Positions 25,785-39,440 are shown, numbered from the stretch's first letter. The stretch is DNA of 64,000 bases from Narcine bancroftii (GCF_036971445.1 NC_091469.1:147002001-147066000), one strand, 5' to 3'. Notes: generated by a model not told the origin, from the letters alone. Numbers and translations are program-made.

Positions 25785-26007
25785 AAGCCTAATAGCCTGA
25801 TCTCTAACTGTCTGATCTCAGAAGTTAAGCAGGATTAGGACTGGTCAGTACTTGGAGGGGTGATTGCCTTGGAACAGCAGGTGCTGCAGGTTATTATAAG
25901 GTTCTCTGGACAAAGTGGCACCTCTCTGTCTGCCTAACGGTCGACAAAAGTCAAAGAATTTCATGCTTGGAATAGTGGAATATTACAATAATGGAACCTT
26001 TACCTTT
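25785..26007 (+). mobile_element. 5S rRNA-derived SINE nested in a V-type SINE (25705-26375)
   Basis: GTCTGATCTCAGAAGTTAAGCAGG...CTGGTCAGTACTTGGA...GGTGCTGCAGG head, then body GGACAAAGTGGCACCTCTCTGTCTGCC. Confidence 0.85.
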
Positions 26008-26232
26008 TGTAATGCGCGTCGAAAGAACCAAAGACTGGTTGATCCAAACCAAGGCTTTTATTAGCTAAAAGACTGGAGCATATCACAAGTAGGTCGACCA
26101 GTCCAGAATGACCTGGTCTGGCTAGGAGCAACCCTTTAAGACCTGCCAGTAGGTGTGGCTACACTCTCAGCCAATCACAGTCATCCTACACTACCATCTG
26201 TACAAATTGGTGATAGAATCTGTACTATTACA
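26008..26232 (-). mobile_element. Solo LTR (family A), 225 bp
   Basis: TGTAAT...ATTACA ends; perfect 5-bp TSD CCTTT (26003-26007, 26233-26237); AATAAA on the minus strand. Confidence 0.92.
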
Positions 26233-27289
26233 CCTTTATATTCTCCCCATGTTTGCTCCAGCTTCCTCAAGCCTTTCAAAACTTACAGGGGTTATACTGT
26301 AGGTTAAATTAGGTATTTTTGCAGTGCAAACCCGTGGGCCAGAAGGGGCTGTTATCATGCTGAATGTCTAAATTTAAGTATTGGGAGATTAATCACCAGG
26401 ACTGCATGACTCTCCCTGACATAAATCCACATATCCTCCCATTCCCGTTCTCCAGTCGGAAATTAGCACTATGTATCTGCAGGCATGTGCTTGTGGTGAC
26501 TTGCAACTTTCTCCCTTCCCACTCTGCTTTGTGATATCAAAGACTAACCACAACTCAAGGAAGAGGACGTAAAATAAATGCAAAGTTGATAGGAGCCAAA
26601 GGCAAAGGGAATCAAAACAATATTGAAAATCAGGATAAATAAATGTACCAAAACCAAAATCCACCGTCAATATTATGGCCTCTCTGCAGGAAATATAAAT
26701 GCCAAACATGGCCAAATACACCTCTCAGTACACAAATAAAGGGGAGAACATAGAGCACTATAGCAAAGTGCAGGCCCTTTGGTCCTCAATGTTGTGCCCA
26801 GCCCAGATATTCCTTAAAAATAAGTACTGCATTAAACCCTCCCTAACCCGTAACCCTCTACTTTTCTTCCATCCATGCCTGTCTAAGTGACTCTTAGTTG
26901 CATCTAATGTTTCATCCTCCACCACCCTCCCTGGCAAGACATTCCAGGCACCCACAACTCTCTGTGTAAAAAAACTTAACCCCTGGTGTCTCCCCTAAAG
27001 TTCCCTCCCTTCACTTTGTACGCAGCTCTTCAGGTGTTTGCTATTCCTGCCCTGGGAAACAGGTGCTGGCTGTCCACCCTATCTGTCCCTCTCATAAGAT
27101 CAATTTAAATGGAGTTTTTGAGAATTGAGACCACAAGAACTTACACAGAGCTGTGAACATAGTTCAGTCTATCACACAAACCACTCTCCCCTCCATTGAT
27201 TATAGCTTCACTTTCCACTGGCTTGGGAAAGCAGCGGATATATTAAAGGACCCATCTCACTGTGGTTACTTACTATTCTGAGTGAAACA

Positions 27290-27795
27290 CGATCGCCTGC
27301 AGACCCTGTGATTGTCATAAAAACGCCAAGATGCTGGAGGAACTCAGCTGGTCTATTCAGCATCTACAGGAGACAAAGATATTTCGGGCCTAAGCCCTTT
27401 CTTATGGAAAAATCAGAAAAGGCGGAAGCAGAATATATCAGAAAGTCTCAGAGTTTAAACCATGGGGGAGGAATCCAGACCAACAAAAGGTGTTAATTAG
27501 ATGTGATAAGGGGCTAGGTCGAATTTATCATGGCTGTGCGAAAGGAGATGAATAAATACTGAAAGGAGACATGATAAGTTCTTAGCCTTTTAGCACATCT
27601 AATTAACAGCTTTTGTTGGTCTGGTTTCGTCCCCCATGGTTTGAATTTGAGACTTTTTGATATATCCTGCCTCTCCTTTCGTGATTTTTCCTCGAAGAAG
27701 GCCCCAGTCCTGAAACATCGGCAGCATTTCTTTGTCTCCTCAAGATGCTGAAATGAGCAGCTGAGTTCCTCCAGCAATTCGCTGTTTTTATTACT
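27290..27795. mobile_element. Second inverted pair of Penelope-like tails
   Basis: GCTGGAGGAACTCAGC near 27333 and GCTGAGTTCCTCCAGC near 27760. Confidence 0.7.
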
Positions 27796-28129
27796 CCCCA
27801 TTCTCCCCTCTCCGATTGGGCTAAAAATACATGAGGTTGAAAACATGCACTGATTTCATGTCCCTGCTGTAATCAGACCCTCATTCGAAAAAAATGATGC
27901 CTTGTACACTTTAACTCTACCTTTGTCATGAACATTATACCCTGCAGTTTTTGCTTCATGCAACAATATGCTCTGCATTTTTGTTTTTTTTAAAATTTTT
28001 GCACCACGTAGAGGTTGACATTCTTGAATAGCACGTGAAACAAAATTTGACTGTACCTCAGTACAAATGTCCAGAAACAATTCAATTCAACGAAAAGCTG
28101 GCATTAGGGTTAGGTTTAGGGTATGAAGC

Positions 28130-28792
28130 CTTGAGATAATTGGTTGGCAACACAATTGATGTACAGCAAGGCTCAGGCGGCAGGTTTAAAAAGCTAAGCT
28201 CCTTTCCACATACTTTAATTGCTGTCCAAGGAAGCGATGAGTGGCCCCAGGCCAGGGTTTGCAAGGCAGCCATTTTTATTGTAGTTCTAACTTGTAGGCT
28301 GCAAACTCGGGAAGGAGAGAAGGCTGACCATGCAGACGTGAGTGATGTCAGCAGGGTTCAGGAGCCAGGTTTAAAAAGCTAAGCTCCTTTCCATTGACTT
28401 TAATTGCTGTGTAAAACCCCCAGTTTCCGGCACTGATGGGGATTGGTAGCAGTATTCCCTCTAAGCTGACTCTTAGATAGGCACATGGATGAAAGAAACG
28501 GGCACACGCACACGAAACGGTTTGTGTGTATGTGCACACACACGCAACTGTGCACTCGGCAATTTCTTTTGTGCGTGCGCACACGCACAGCTTGGGCGGA
28601 CATTGATAGGTAGATGCTGGATAAGTGAATTTACCTGTTTCTTGAGATTGCATGTTGTGCAAGGGGGAGCCAATTTTAAACTTTTGTATTTTTTACCTGT
28701 TTATTTTATGTGATTTATTTTATTTGGCGGTTGCTTGAGGCTGCTGGTTGCTTGCATTCCGGATAATAGGGATTTTACTATACCAATATTCT
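28130..28792. mobile_element. TcMar/Tigger-like MITE remnant
   Basis: End TCCGGATAATAGGGATTTTACT.TA; related opposite-orientation end at 49155-49330; internal repeat CAGGTTTAAAAAGCTAAGCTCCTTTCCA twice. Confidence 0.5.
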
Positions 28793-29159
28793 TTAGGAAA
28801 GAGAAATGCTTTTCTGTCCCAGTCAGGGCTGGCCGTCACTCTAAACCAAATACAATGCGGTTGAATCTTGACTGAACAAGTATAGCAAACTCAAGGGGCC
28901 TGTATGGCTGGGTTCTGCTCCTATTTTGCCTGGTCTTACACCATGCAATAGGACAAAAGGGATGAAGAATGAACACCAGCCTTGACTGCGATCCCAATGT
29001 CCCTTGAGTCAAGTGTTCATAATAGAACAATAATTTCACGATCTGGGAATTAGACAGCGAGAAACCTTTTAGATTCATTTTTTGGGATTTTATTGTTGCA
29101 GCCCATACCAGCATTTAGTGCCTATTTTATGTTCTCTTGAAAAGTTGGCGGTGAGGCAC

Positions 29160-30390
29160 CTAGAAGATTATGAGTGGCATAGATAAGGTGGACAGCCGGC
29201 ATCTTTTCCCCCAGGGTGAGATTATAAAACACCATACGACTTCTGGACAAGGCGAAGAGAAGAAACTTTAAGGGAGATGTCAGGGGTAAGTTTTGCCAGG
29301 TGTGGTGGTGAAGGCTGTTGCAATAGGGAAATTTAAAAGACTCTTAGACAGGCACATGGATGCAGGAAAAATAGAAGGTTATGGATTTGAGGTAGCGAAG
29401 GTTTCGTTCAGTGAGTGGGTTTTTATAGGTCACACATTGTGAGCTTAAAGGCCTGTATTATGTGTAATGTTCTATATTCTCTGTTCTTGAATTGGACTTG
29501 TAGTGCGGTGACAACAAAGGACTGGCAATATATATTTTAGTTGGGATTTTTGTGCAAAATATTGAATGATAGAACCATAGACACACTACAGCAAAGTTAC
29601 CTGCCCTTCAGCCCATCTATGTGGTGCCAAACTATTTATTTCCATCAGTTGGCACGTTTAGTGTGGGGGTGGTAAGGTTGGTTGGCATAATGGCAATGCT
29701 GTTACCACGCCAGCACTCAGGACTGGGATTCGAATCCCATGCTGTCTGTAAGGAGTTTGTTCGTTCTCCTTGGGACTGCATAGGTTTCCTCCGGGTGCTC
29801 CAGTTTCCTCCCGTGTTCAAAAAGGTCCCAGGGGTTGTCAGTCACTTGGGTGCAATTGGGTGGCATGGGCTCATGTGCCAAAAGGGCCTGTTACCATGCT
29901 GCATGACCTGCTCCTGGACCTTAGGCCTCCATACCCCTCCCATCCATGTATTTATCCTTTATGGATGGGAAGGGTTTGGGGGGCTTACTGTTCAATGCTC
30001 TTCTTAAATGTTGAAATTCTCTTTTAAATGTTGAAATCAAACTTGCATCCACCACTCATTCCACATTCTCGCCACCCTATGAATCCTAGGAAGAAGTTCT
30101 CCCTCATATTCCCCATAAACATTTCTCCTTTCACCCTGAACCCATGTCCTCCAAATATTGTCTCACCCAGCCCCCGTGCAAAAAGTCTGTTTGCATTCAC
30201 CTTCTCCATACCCATCATGATTTTGCATGCCTCTATCAAATCTCCCCCCATTCTCTATCATTCCAGGGAACAAAGCCGCAACCTGTTCAAACTTTCCCTA
30301 GAACTCAGCTCCAGCAATATTCTTGTAATTTTTCTCTGCACTCTTTCAATCTTATTGATATCTTCCCTGTGGGTGATCAGAACTGTTCAC
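29160..30390. mobile_element. Cluster of CR1 3' fragments (plus 29160-29480, minus 29575-30390 split by a SINE)
   Basis: GGDLIEACKIMMGMEKV-type reading and CR1 tails. Confidence 0.75.
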
Positions 30391-32619
30391 TGATTCACTC
30401 CTATCTGGGTGGTGAAATTTCACCTTAGCTCTGCTCTGAACGTTCAATCATTTATCACAGTCACAGAACATCAAACACAGAGCAGAACTGCACAGGAACA
30501 GGCCCTTTAGTGTAGGTCTGCACCAAACGTCATGCCCAATTTATTCTAAGACTTTGCATCCTGCATGTGAAGTGTGTCCCTCTATTCCCTCCATATTCTG
30601 TGTCTATTTAGAAGCTTTCACCACTGCTATTGGCCCTAGGATCCTGGCACCCACCACACTGCCTGTAAATCTCCTTTTCTCCTCTGAGAATCTCCTTTTC
30701 TCCTCTGCAGCCCCTCCCCTACCCTTGCTACATTATTACTTTGGATAAAACATTCTGACTGCCTACCCCATTCAAAGCCTCTCATAATTTTCCAGGTCTC
30801 CCTTCAGCTTCTCTCCAGAGACAATAACCCAAAATTTTCCAGCCTCTCCTCACACTGGGCAACTGTCTATCTGACCTAGTTCCATTTGCCCATAGTTGGC
30901 CGACGTCCTGCGAAACCTTTCCTGTCCATGCGCCTGCCTCAATCTCTTTTAAATGCCATAATGCTGCCCCTTTCTGACATCCATTGACCACTTGCTTAAA
31001 ATATCCACCCCCCTCTTCCAGAAAAGTAGCCCCCCCTCCCCCCCCCCCCCACTTTAAACCTTTCCCCTCTCATCTGATCTGGTAACAGACACATAATCCG
31101 GTTAAAACATCATCTACCCTGTCATGCCCTGAAAGGACTTAGCAACCGGGGTTTGAATCTGGGGCTGGTCGCAAGGAAGTTTGTACGTTCTCCCTGTGTC
31201 TGCATAGGTTTCATCCGAGTGCTCTGGTTTCAGAATCGGAATCAGGATTTATTGTCATGAACAAGCCATGAAATTTGGTGTACAGGGGTTAAAGGTCAAT
31301 TGGGTGTAATTGAGTGGTAAGGGCTCATGGGCTGGAAGGGCCTGTTACTGTGTTGTAAGTTTAAATTTAAAAAAAATTAAAAGAGATTGAGTTGTGTGGA
31401 AGAAAAAAAAAGAAAAGGCCCCTCAGTTCTTCAGACCTGGTACATTATTCAATACGATCCTGATTGATCATCTGTCTCAGTATCATATCCCTACTCTCTC
31501 TCCATTTCCTTCATGCCCTTTATGTTTAAAAATTTATGTCTCTTTTTTAAATATATTCAGTGATTGCCTGTGGTGGAAAATTCCATTCATTCCCCACCTT
31601 CTGAGAGAAGACATTTCTCCTCATCTAAATCCAAAAAATAGCTTGTGCTGGTTCCTGAGACAGTGCACCCCTGTTCTAGACACCCCAGGGCCAGAGGAAG
31701 TCACCTCCCTGTATCCAGTCTGATGAACTCAATTCATTTCGAAAAGATCCTTGCAGCTTGGGGGTTTATACATACTGCTTCAAACCTGTAACAGGCAGGA
31801 TGTCATACCTTCCACTCTCATAGACAACAGACTCACCTTTCCCAGCTCTTCCCGACCTTGCTTCCTATCTTGCATTCTCTCTGAGTGCATTGAATCCGCT
31901 TGCAGATGACACATGGCAAGAAACCATGCTCAGGCATCGGGCCTTACTTTAAAGAAGAACTCAGGCATGAAATGTCTTTATCTCCTATGGACTCTGCGAG
32001 ACCTGCTGAGTTCCTCCAACATTTCTGTGTTTTAACTCCAATCACAGAATATTGCAGACTTTTGTGTTTCAAGACATCGCTTGCTCATTTCCTCATCACG
32101 ACCTCTGTCACCTTTAACCTCTGCCCCGACGACTCCAATCTCTCCCACAGGCCAAAGTCCCAACCTGCTTGAGTAAGGCCACTATTAGCCAGGAGCCAAA
32201 AAAGTTCACACCAGGCAGCAGGCTGCCTGAGAACCAGCTAACTGAAACTGGGATTCGTGAGGGTGCCAATGGCAATTGGGGCTCATGAAGGGCCTTGGTC
32301 ATCATAGTTTCCTAATCGTATTGGGGGGTCAGCACCAGAGGCTGAGGAGAGTGACTTGGAGCAGAGGTTCAGTGCCGGAATAGACAGGAAACCATGTGGC
32401 TATGGAGGTTACAGGAACACAGGAGATGGCGGCATTGAACAAGGTGGCGGGATCCATGGACACTTGATACCTCTGAAGGGACCTCTCTTTCTCTCCTGGG
32501 TGGAGGCACCCGGCTGACTAGTGCTGCATCTTTGTGTGCCTTTACAGGCAAACAAATGTAATCACGTTTTGTGTACATGACCATAAAGGAAGCTCAAACC
32601 TTGTACCTGGAACCATGGA

Positions 32620-33540
32620 TCAACCATGTAGTGAGGGGTCCAAATGAATTTGGGACGGTAGCTCAAACTTCCACCATTATGCAGTGTTTCGAGAGGTTGG
32701 TCATGTCTCACATTAGCCTCCCAGCCACCTTGAGCCACTCCAATTCATATACTGCCCAAACAAGTCCATTGCCACCCTCCTGGCCCAACACTTAGGCCTG
32801 GTCTTTACCCAGAGGGTGGTGAATCTGTGGAATTCATTGCCACAGAGGGCAGTAGAGGCAGCTTCATTAAATATATTTAAGAGGGAATTAGATATATTTC
32901 TTCAGTATAGGGTATTAAAGGTTACGGAGAGAAGGCGGGGACGGGGTACTGAACTTTAAGATCAGCCATGATCTCGTTGAATGGCGGAGCAGGCTCGAAG
33001 GGTCGAATGACCTACTCCTGCTCCTATCTTCTATGTCTATGTCTATGGATACTTGGACAATTTATTGACTACAGCTGTGCTGTCAACATAATAGTCCCAA
33101 ACAAACTCATCCCCAACTACAGGATCTTTGTCTCAGCAACCTTCTCTGAAATTGGATCCATGATTTCCTATCCCACCGGCTGCAATTGGGGAGGATTGGT
33201 AACAGCACCTTCTCCGTGATCATCCTCAACATGGGGGCTTGTACAAGGCTGCATACTCCATGTACATCCATGACAGCATGGACAAACAACTTTATCATCA
33301 ATTCATGGATGACACACAGGCACAACCACCTCTCCCTCATTGTCAACAAGACTAAGGAGCTGGTTATAGACTTTGGGAAGTAGACTACCTGGTCCAGATC
33401 AATGGTGATCAAGCTGAGAACAGCTTGAAGTTTCGAGGTGTAAACTTCTCCACTGACGTGTCCAGGTCCTTCCTCATCAATGGCCAAGTAAGTATACCTG
33501 TGCTTTTTCTTCCTTAAAGCCTAAGAAAATTTATAAAAAT
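32620..33540 (+). mobile_element. Rex1-type RT remnant with a younger CR1 3' end (32805-33050) inserted
   Basis: TSTIMQCFERLVMSHI and NHLSLIVNKTKELVIDF; CR1 tail with (CTATGT)n. Confidence 0.75.
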
Positions 33541-33546
33541 GTCACC

Positions 33547-35740
33547 TGTACAGTGAACTGAGTGGTGTGTTATACTGATGACTGGCTCCACCTTCCGATT
33601 CCATCCCTGTCTATCCATATATAACCCTGGTTTCTTGCCTAAACCCTGAGCCCCTCTGAAGACCACTGTAAGACCCTACCCTCAATTATAAGCTAATAAA
33701 AACGTATGTTCTCCCTCCAGTCATGAGAGCTTTAATTCATGCTAGTATTTTATTAGCTTATTCCCTAAATGATGGGCCTCTGTCACAGGGGACCCTCTGT
33801 CCCCTGACATGGATGAGGAGTTCACATACTGGCTAGACTGCTTCCAGGCTTACCTGAACATGACCAGAGATGTCTTCCACACCAATGAACTCAGGAGGTC
33901 TGCACTTGTTTTGAGGGTATGAAAGAAAGGGTATACATTCATCAGGGACTGCACTACATATGTTGCTGCCATCGAGGCGTTGAAGGCTCGGTACCTGAAA
34001 TCGCAAAACAAGTCCTAGCGAGGCACCGACTCATTCTATGTCACCAATGGCCAGGAGAGACCATCGATGACTACCTGCTGGATCTGTAGATGCTTGCCAA
34101 GAAGCACAGGTACGATGCGGCTAAGGACCGTGTTCGTGAAGAAGAACATATCCGGGACACTCTAGTCGCAGGTACATGAGGCAGCGACTGCTTGAGTTGG
34201 GTACGAAGGACCTGGCTAGCCACATTGAGCTGGCCAAATCGTTGGAGCAGGCCAAGCTCGAGAACAATGGCCTCAAAGCTAGTGAGCTCGCTCACCTCTG
34301 AGACCCTTTCCAAGTACCGGCCGCTCCCACTACCCCAGCCCTAACGGCTGCCAATTCCTGTGCTAGTGAGTGCTCCCATGCTAGGGAGTGCTTATTCTTC
34401 AGCAAGAGCTAGCATCTCCGATCTCGTTGTGTTCCAGCTGTGGCAAGAAAGGACATTGGGCGAGGGTTTGCTGCATGAGGGGAAGCTCGGGGAAGCCTGG
34501 GGCCTGCACCACTCCTGGATCTGACTTCAGGCCCAAGCCACTTTCAGTATTACACACTGACAGAGGGTGGCAGTGAGGAAACCTCGGTCGCCATCTTGTT
34601 ACAACTCAAATTCAAACTTGGCACCATCCTTGTCAGAGGAGGAAGGAGGGCATCCATCTTGCTGCGCCATGAGGTTGACGCCATCTTACCCACGGGCAAC
34701 CTAGGATGGTGGGGGCCACTCGAGTGAGGAGCATGGAGTCTCCAGGGACCTAGCCTCGATGGTTCTAGATCAGGACAGGCCTCACCAGCTCAGGAACTCC
34801 ATAGTGACTGTGAAGGTAAATGAACATTCCACAAATGCCTAAAAAACACAGGCTCTACTAAAAGCTTCATAGACTCATGGACTGTACAAGAATACAACAT
34901 AAAGATGTATCCTTCTAATTATCGCATATTCCTTGCATCACAATCGCACTCTCTTTGTATTCAACAACATTGTATTGTACATCTGTTGTTTGGGGTGGGG
35001 GGGGGGAGTTTTGTAAGATACACCTGTATGAATTGAGTGCTCCGGTGCTGTAGGCTCTGGACTTCCTGTATCACCTTAAAAGCATGACCTTGGAGTATTC
35101 TGGTCCACTCCCTCCGTAACAGTTCGGAACGGAGGGCCTCTAAAATCAGAACCCACATGCAGCCACTCCACACTGAATATCAGTCTCCTCCTCTCTTCCT
35201 GAATCTGTCTCCAGACTGCAAACCCATTGCTACCAAGAGCAGGAGACACAGCTCAGAAGACCGAGAGTTATAAACTCTAAGTCACAATGTCTGCTCGACG
35301 AAGCTATCATCAAACCTAGCATCAGCCTGTGGAGAGCGCAAGTGGTAGTGGTAAAAGTGGAAAACAAGTCCAGGCTAGTAATAGACTATAGCCAATCCAT
35401 CAATCGGTACATATTCCTGGCCGCATACCCACTCCCTCGAATTACAGACATGGCACAGTATCAGGTCTATTCAACCATTGACCTAAAAGCTGCTTATCAT
35501 CTGCTGCCAAATGATTCTGAGGACCATCAATTTATGGCATTTGAGGCTAATGGTCATCTATAAATTTCGGAGGGTCCCTTTAGGAATTACTAATGGAGTT
35601 TCTATCTTCCAGAGGCAGATGGACAGAATGGTGGTCGAGTATGGGTTGAAGGTTGCCTTCCTCTACCTCGATAATGTGGCCACATCTGTGGCCATAACTT
35701 AGAAGACCATGATGTCAACTTCCAGGGCTTTCTCAACGCG
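33547..35740 (+). mobile_element. Decayed Gypsy LTR retrotransposon: 5' LTR, gag, protease, RT N-terminal half
   Basis: LTR-like 33547-33746 with TATATAA and AATAAA; EEFTYWLDCFQAYL; CSSCGKKGHWARVC knuckle at 34429-34471; RLVIDYSQSIN, YPLPRI, STIDLKAAYH, YLDN at 35664. Confidence 0.9.
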
Positions 35741-35744
35741 GTGA

Positions 35745-36000
35745 GTAGCAGGAGAACAGTCCATGGGCAGGAGGTAAAAGGTGGATAAGAGAGGGGGGCA
35801 CACCAGCAAACGGGGAGGAGTGATGGTAAATGGTAAGGAAAGGGGGTGGAGAGCTGGAGAAAAGAAGACAGAGGGATAGAGAAAAGAGAAGGAGAATGGG
35901 AGTAGGCTGGCAGAAACCGGAGAAGTTGATGTTAATGCCATCTGGTTGGAGAGGGCCCAGACAGAAAAGTAGATGTTGCTCCTCCAATTTACGGGTGGGC
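35745..36000 (-). mobile_element. Penelope-like 3' fragment truncating the Gypsy element
   Basis: TRKLEEQHLLFCLGPLQPDGININFSGF. Confidence 0.8.
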
Positions 36001-37659
36001 GTTACTGCACGGCTGGCCATGAGAACTGGTCAGCTCCAAAGTGCTCAGGCCGTCAGGCACATACCGCTTACTCCCTTCCATTGACTGCACCTAGACCCCA
36101 TGGAAAAGCAGCCAACCCATTGAAAGGCTTCTTTCACCGGTCCATGCTCTCTTCAACCCCCTCGCATCAGGAAGAAGAGTAAGAGATTATGCTCCACCAT
36201 AATCAAGGATAGACATACTCAGACTCCTGAATACACCCCCCAAACTGTAAACTGATGATACCTTTGCTCTGTACCAACTGAGCTCTCTCTGCATGTTTGT
36301 TCTGTGTCTTCTTTGTTGTATGATGTGTGAAGTGACTAGCTGGTCTTCTTGCCAATCATCCTCTATTATTGCCTCTTGAACTTGCACCTGAATCATTCGC
36401 TTGCGTCTCGAGCAGGTGTAACAGCTGAACAGCATAAAGTGACAACACTGATGCTTTACATCTCACAAGCTTGATCTTATTGTGGGATGGCTGTTCACAA
36501 ACTTTTCTGTGGCCCTATGACATGGAGATTTTGCTTCCCTCTGCACCTATTCTCCAATCCAAGTTCACTTAAGAAGTGACCTATTCTGGGCATCTCCTCA
36601 CTTGACAGGAAAGCACAGCAGCGACTTCCTTAGAAGGCCTTCACCAGGAGAGGGTCCTGGCTTGCTGAATCACAGGGTGGTATGGCGGCTATAGAGCATA
36701 GATCAGCAGAAATTCACAGGTCCATAAAAGCAGCAGAGAGGATTGCCGGGGCTCCCTCCCTTCCACCCCCCCACCACCTCCTTCTGCCTCACCTCCACCT
36801 CCCACCACCGTCAATGTGATTTATCGGGATTGTCGTTTAAGGAGGGCTCGCAAAATCAGGTAGGACTCTGACCACCCCACACGCAGCATCTCCCGTCGGG
36901 AAAAAAAAGACACAGAAATATTAGAACCAGAACCACCAGGTTGAGGAACCGCTTCTTCCCAAGGGCAGTGGAATGCTGAGCGACTGCTAAAACAACTCCA
37001 CTATTTATAATTACATTTTTAAAAATATATGTACATATGTTCTGTGTATATGTGTCATTTGTCTGTATGTGTGTTACATCTGTAGATGTGTTTGCACTGC
37101 CTGCAATGAAGACTGGAGAACACTGTTTCGTCGGGTTGCACTGTACTGGTACTGGTTGTACTGGATGGCAAACAAACTTGTACCAATGAGACATATTTAA
37201 AAGTTTTAACCCAAAAATATTTTATAATTTCCCCCCTACTAATTTAACCGCAACACACAAGGTGGTACTTGGAACCAATATGAATATGGGTACAAGGATT
37301 TATTTTTTGCCTTGTCTGCAAAAAAAAGTTCCTTATAATTTAATGCTGTTTTTTTTCTCGTATTATTCCCTTTGAATAATGCATGATTCACAGCCCCAAA
37401 ATAACTTATTCTTGGCATATTGAAATATTCCCAGTGTGCAATTAGATATGAAGGCATTAGGAGTTGCAACAAGTGACTAGATAAAGAAATGGATTTCAAT
37501 AATCGTCAAGAAATAGTACTGGCAAAGGGCACTTGAGCAACAGAGCAGAGCTGCCAAAAGTGGGGACGGACAAGACACCGGGTGTGGAGAGAATCGCAAA
37601 ATTCGGCAGATCCTGTGTTTGTAGTAAAAGCTCAAAAATGCTGGAGGAACTCACAGTGT

Positions 37660-38597
37660 CCTTAATTGGTAAACCGAAAACTGATCAACCTGAACTCCGA
37701 ATATCCCAGAAGTTTTTTCAGGTGTGATATAACATCACAATTTGAAAATAAAGTTGTTTTTTTTTTAACCCACTGTGCTCAAGTGGGGCTACAGGGAATC
37801 AGTTTTACAAAGGAGACATTTCTTCACAGATTCTTCTTCTTCTTTGGCTTGGCTTCGCGGACGAAGATTTATGGAGGGGTAATGTCCACGTCAGCTGCAG
37901 GTTCGTTGGTGGCTGACAAGTCCGATGTGGGACAGGCAGACACGGTTGCAGCGGTTGCAGGGGAAAATTGGTGGGTTGGGGTTGGGTGTTTTGGGTTTTT
38001 CCTCCTTTGTCTTTTGTCAGTGAGGTGGGGTCTGCGGTTTTCTTCCCAGGAGGTTGCTGCCCGCCGAATTGAGAGGCGCCAAGATGCACGGATTACATAT
38101 TTAAAAAAAGGATAGCACTGATTATTTCTAAATCATCATTTTTTTTTGCCATGGGTTACTGCAGCTTTGTAATAAATTGCATTGTGGCACTCTCAGAATT
38201 TGAATTGTATACTGTGCCCTCTCCTCGCTTGCCCAACTGAGCTGCGCTGCCGCTCTCTCTCCACTTGCTTGCCCACCCGAGCCACACTCTCCACCCGCTC
38301 AACCGCCCGAGCCGCGCTGTCTCCCTGCTCGCCGAGCCATACCCTCTGAGGCTGAAATTCTGCTGCAGGACAATCCCTGTGCAATCTCCTACCACTTACA
38401 GGTGAGGTGAGACCTTGGGCTCCCGGGCAGGATTGGCGACAGCGGTGGGGGGAGATGTCAGGGATCAGCGACACCCAATACAATTTTCTCCTGATGCTAA
38501 TGGGCTGCTAAGAGAGAATTCCCGAATATCCAAAAAATCTGTTTAACCACGGTAGGTCCAGCCCCAAGCATTTCTGCTAATCGTAAATGTTCAGTAT
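37660..38597. mobile_element. TcMar-like MITE inside a Penelope tail, itself carrying an RTE fragment
   Basis: Repeated CCGAATATCC motifs; Penelope tail halves at 37605-37660 and 38598-38660. Confidence 0.5.
37830..38090 (-). mobile_element. RTE 3' fragment, slightly diverged variant
   Basis: Reverse complement of about 1685-1935 with (AAG)n tail; UTR reads GACATTACCCC versus GACTTTTTACCCCC. Confidence 0.93.
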
Positions 38598-38894
38598 AAT
38601 CAACATTTTGGGACTGAGTCCTTCTTCAAGGTATGAGCAAAAGGCAGGCAGGTAGGTGTAGAAGGGGATGGAGTTCTCAAAGGATTAAAGGGCTGATGAG
38701 GAGGTTTCCACAATAAAAGAAACAGGTGATCAGGAGGTTTGACCTGAGGATGGATCATACTTTGGACCTGGAGTCATTGCCGTGGTGCATATGATTCATG
38801 CTGAATTCTGAACAAAATCTCCTTACCAGATTTCCCTGAAGCTGACAGAATGAAAATACCAAAAAATAGAATTCAATAACAACGTATCCATTAA

Positions 38895-39440
38895 CATGTT
38901 AAAATTTTAAATTTCAATTCTAAATTTAGGCAAATCGCGTGGTAACAGTCCCTTCTGGCCAACAAGCCAGTGCTGCGCAAATACCTCAATTCACCTAAAA
39001 CCCCCGTATGTTTGGGACAGTGGGAGGAAACTGGAGAATCTGGAAGAAATGCAGCATACACCAGGAGAACATACAAATTCTTCACAGACAGCGTCGGATT
39101 CGAATTTACATCGCTGCCGCTGTAACAATGTTGCACCAACTGCTACGCTAACCAGTTAACAAAATATAAAAAAAAAATTTAAATGCAAACTTATTGAAGT
39201 CCTTGAGGCTGCATGGTTAGTGCAATGCTATTACAGCACCAGTGTCCTGGGTTAGAATCCGGCACTGCCTCTAAGGAGTTTGTACGTTCTCCCTGAGGGT
39301 TTCCTTCAGGTGCTCTGCTTATTCCCACCCTTCAAAACTTACGGGGGTGGTCGATTAATGGTGGTATTTGGGCGGCACAGACATGTGGGCTGGAAAGGGC
39401 TGTTACTGTGCACGGTCTAAATTTGAAATATTAAATTTAA
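38895..39440. mobile_element. Head-to-head pair of V-type SINEs
   Basis: Minus copy 38895-39155, plus copy 39210-39440. Confidence 0.75.

Noticed and set aside
25785-25892. 5S rRNA gene
   Set aside because: Many substitutions, no tandem array, and it continues into a SINE body
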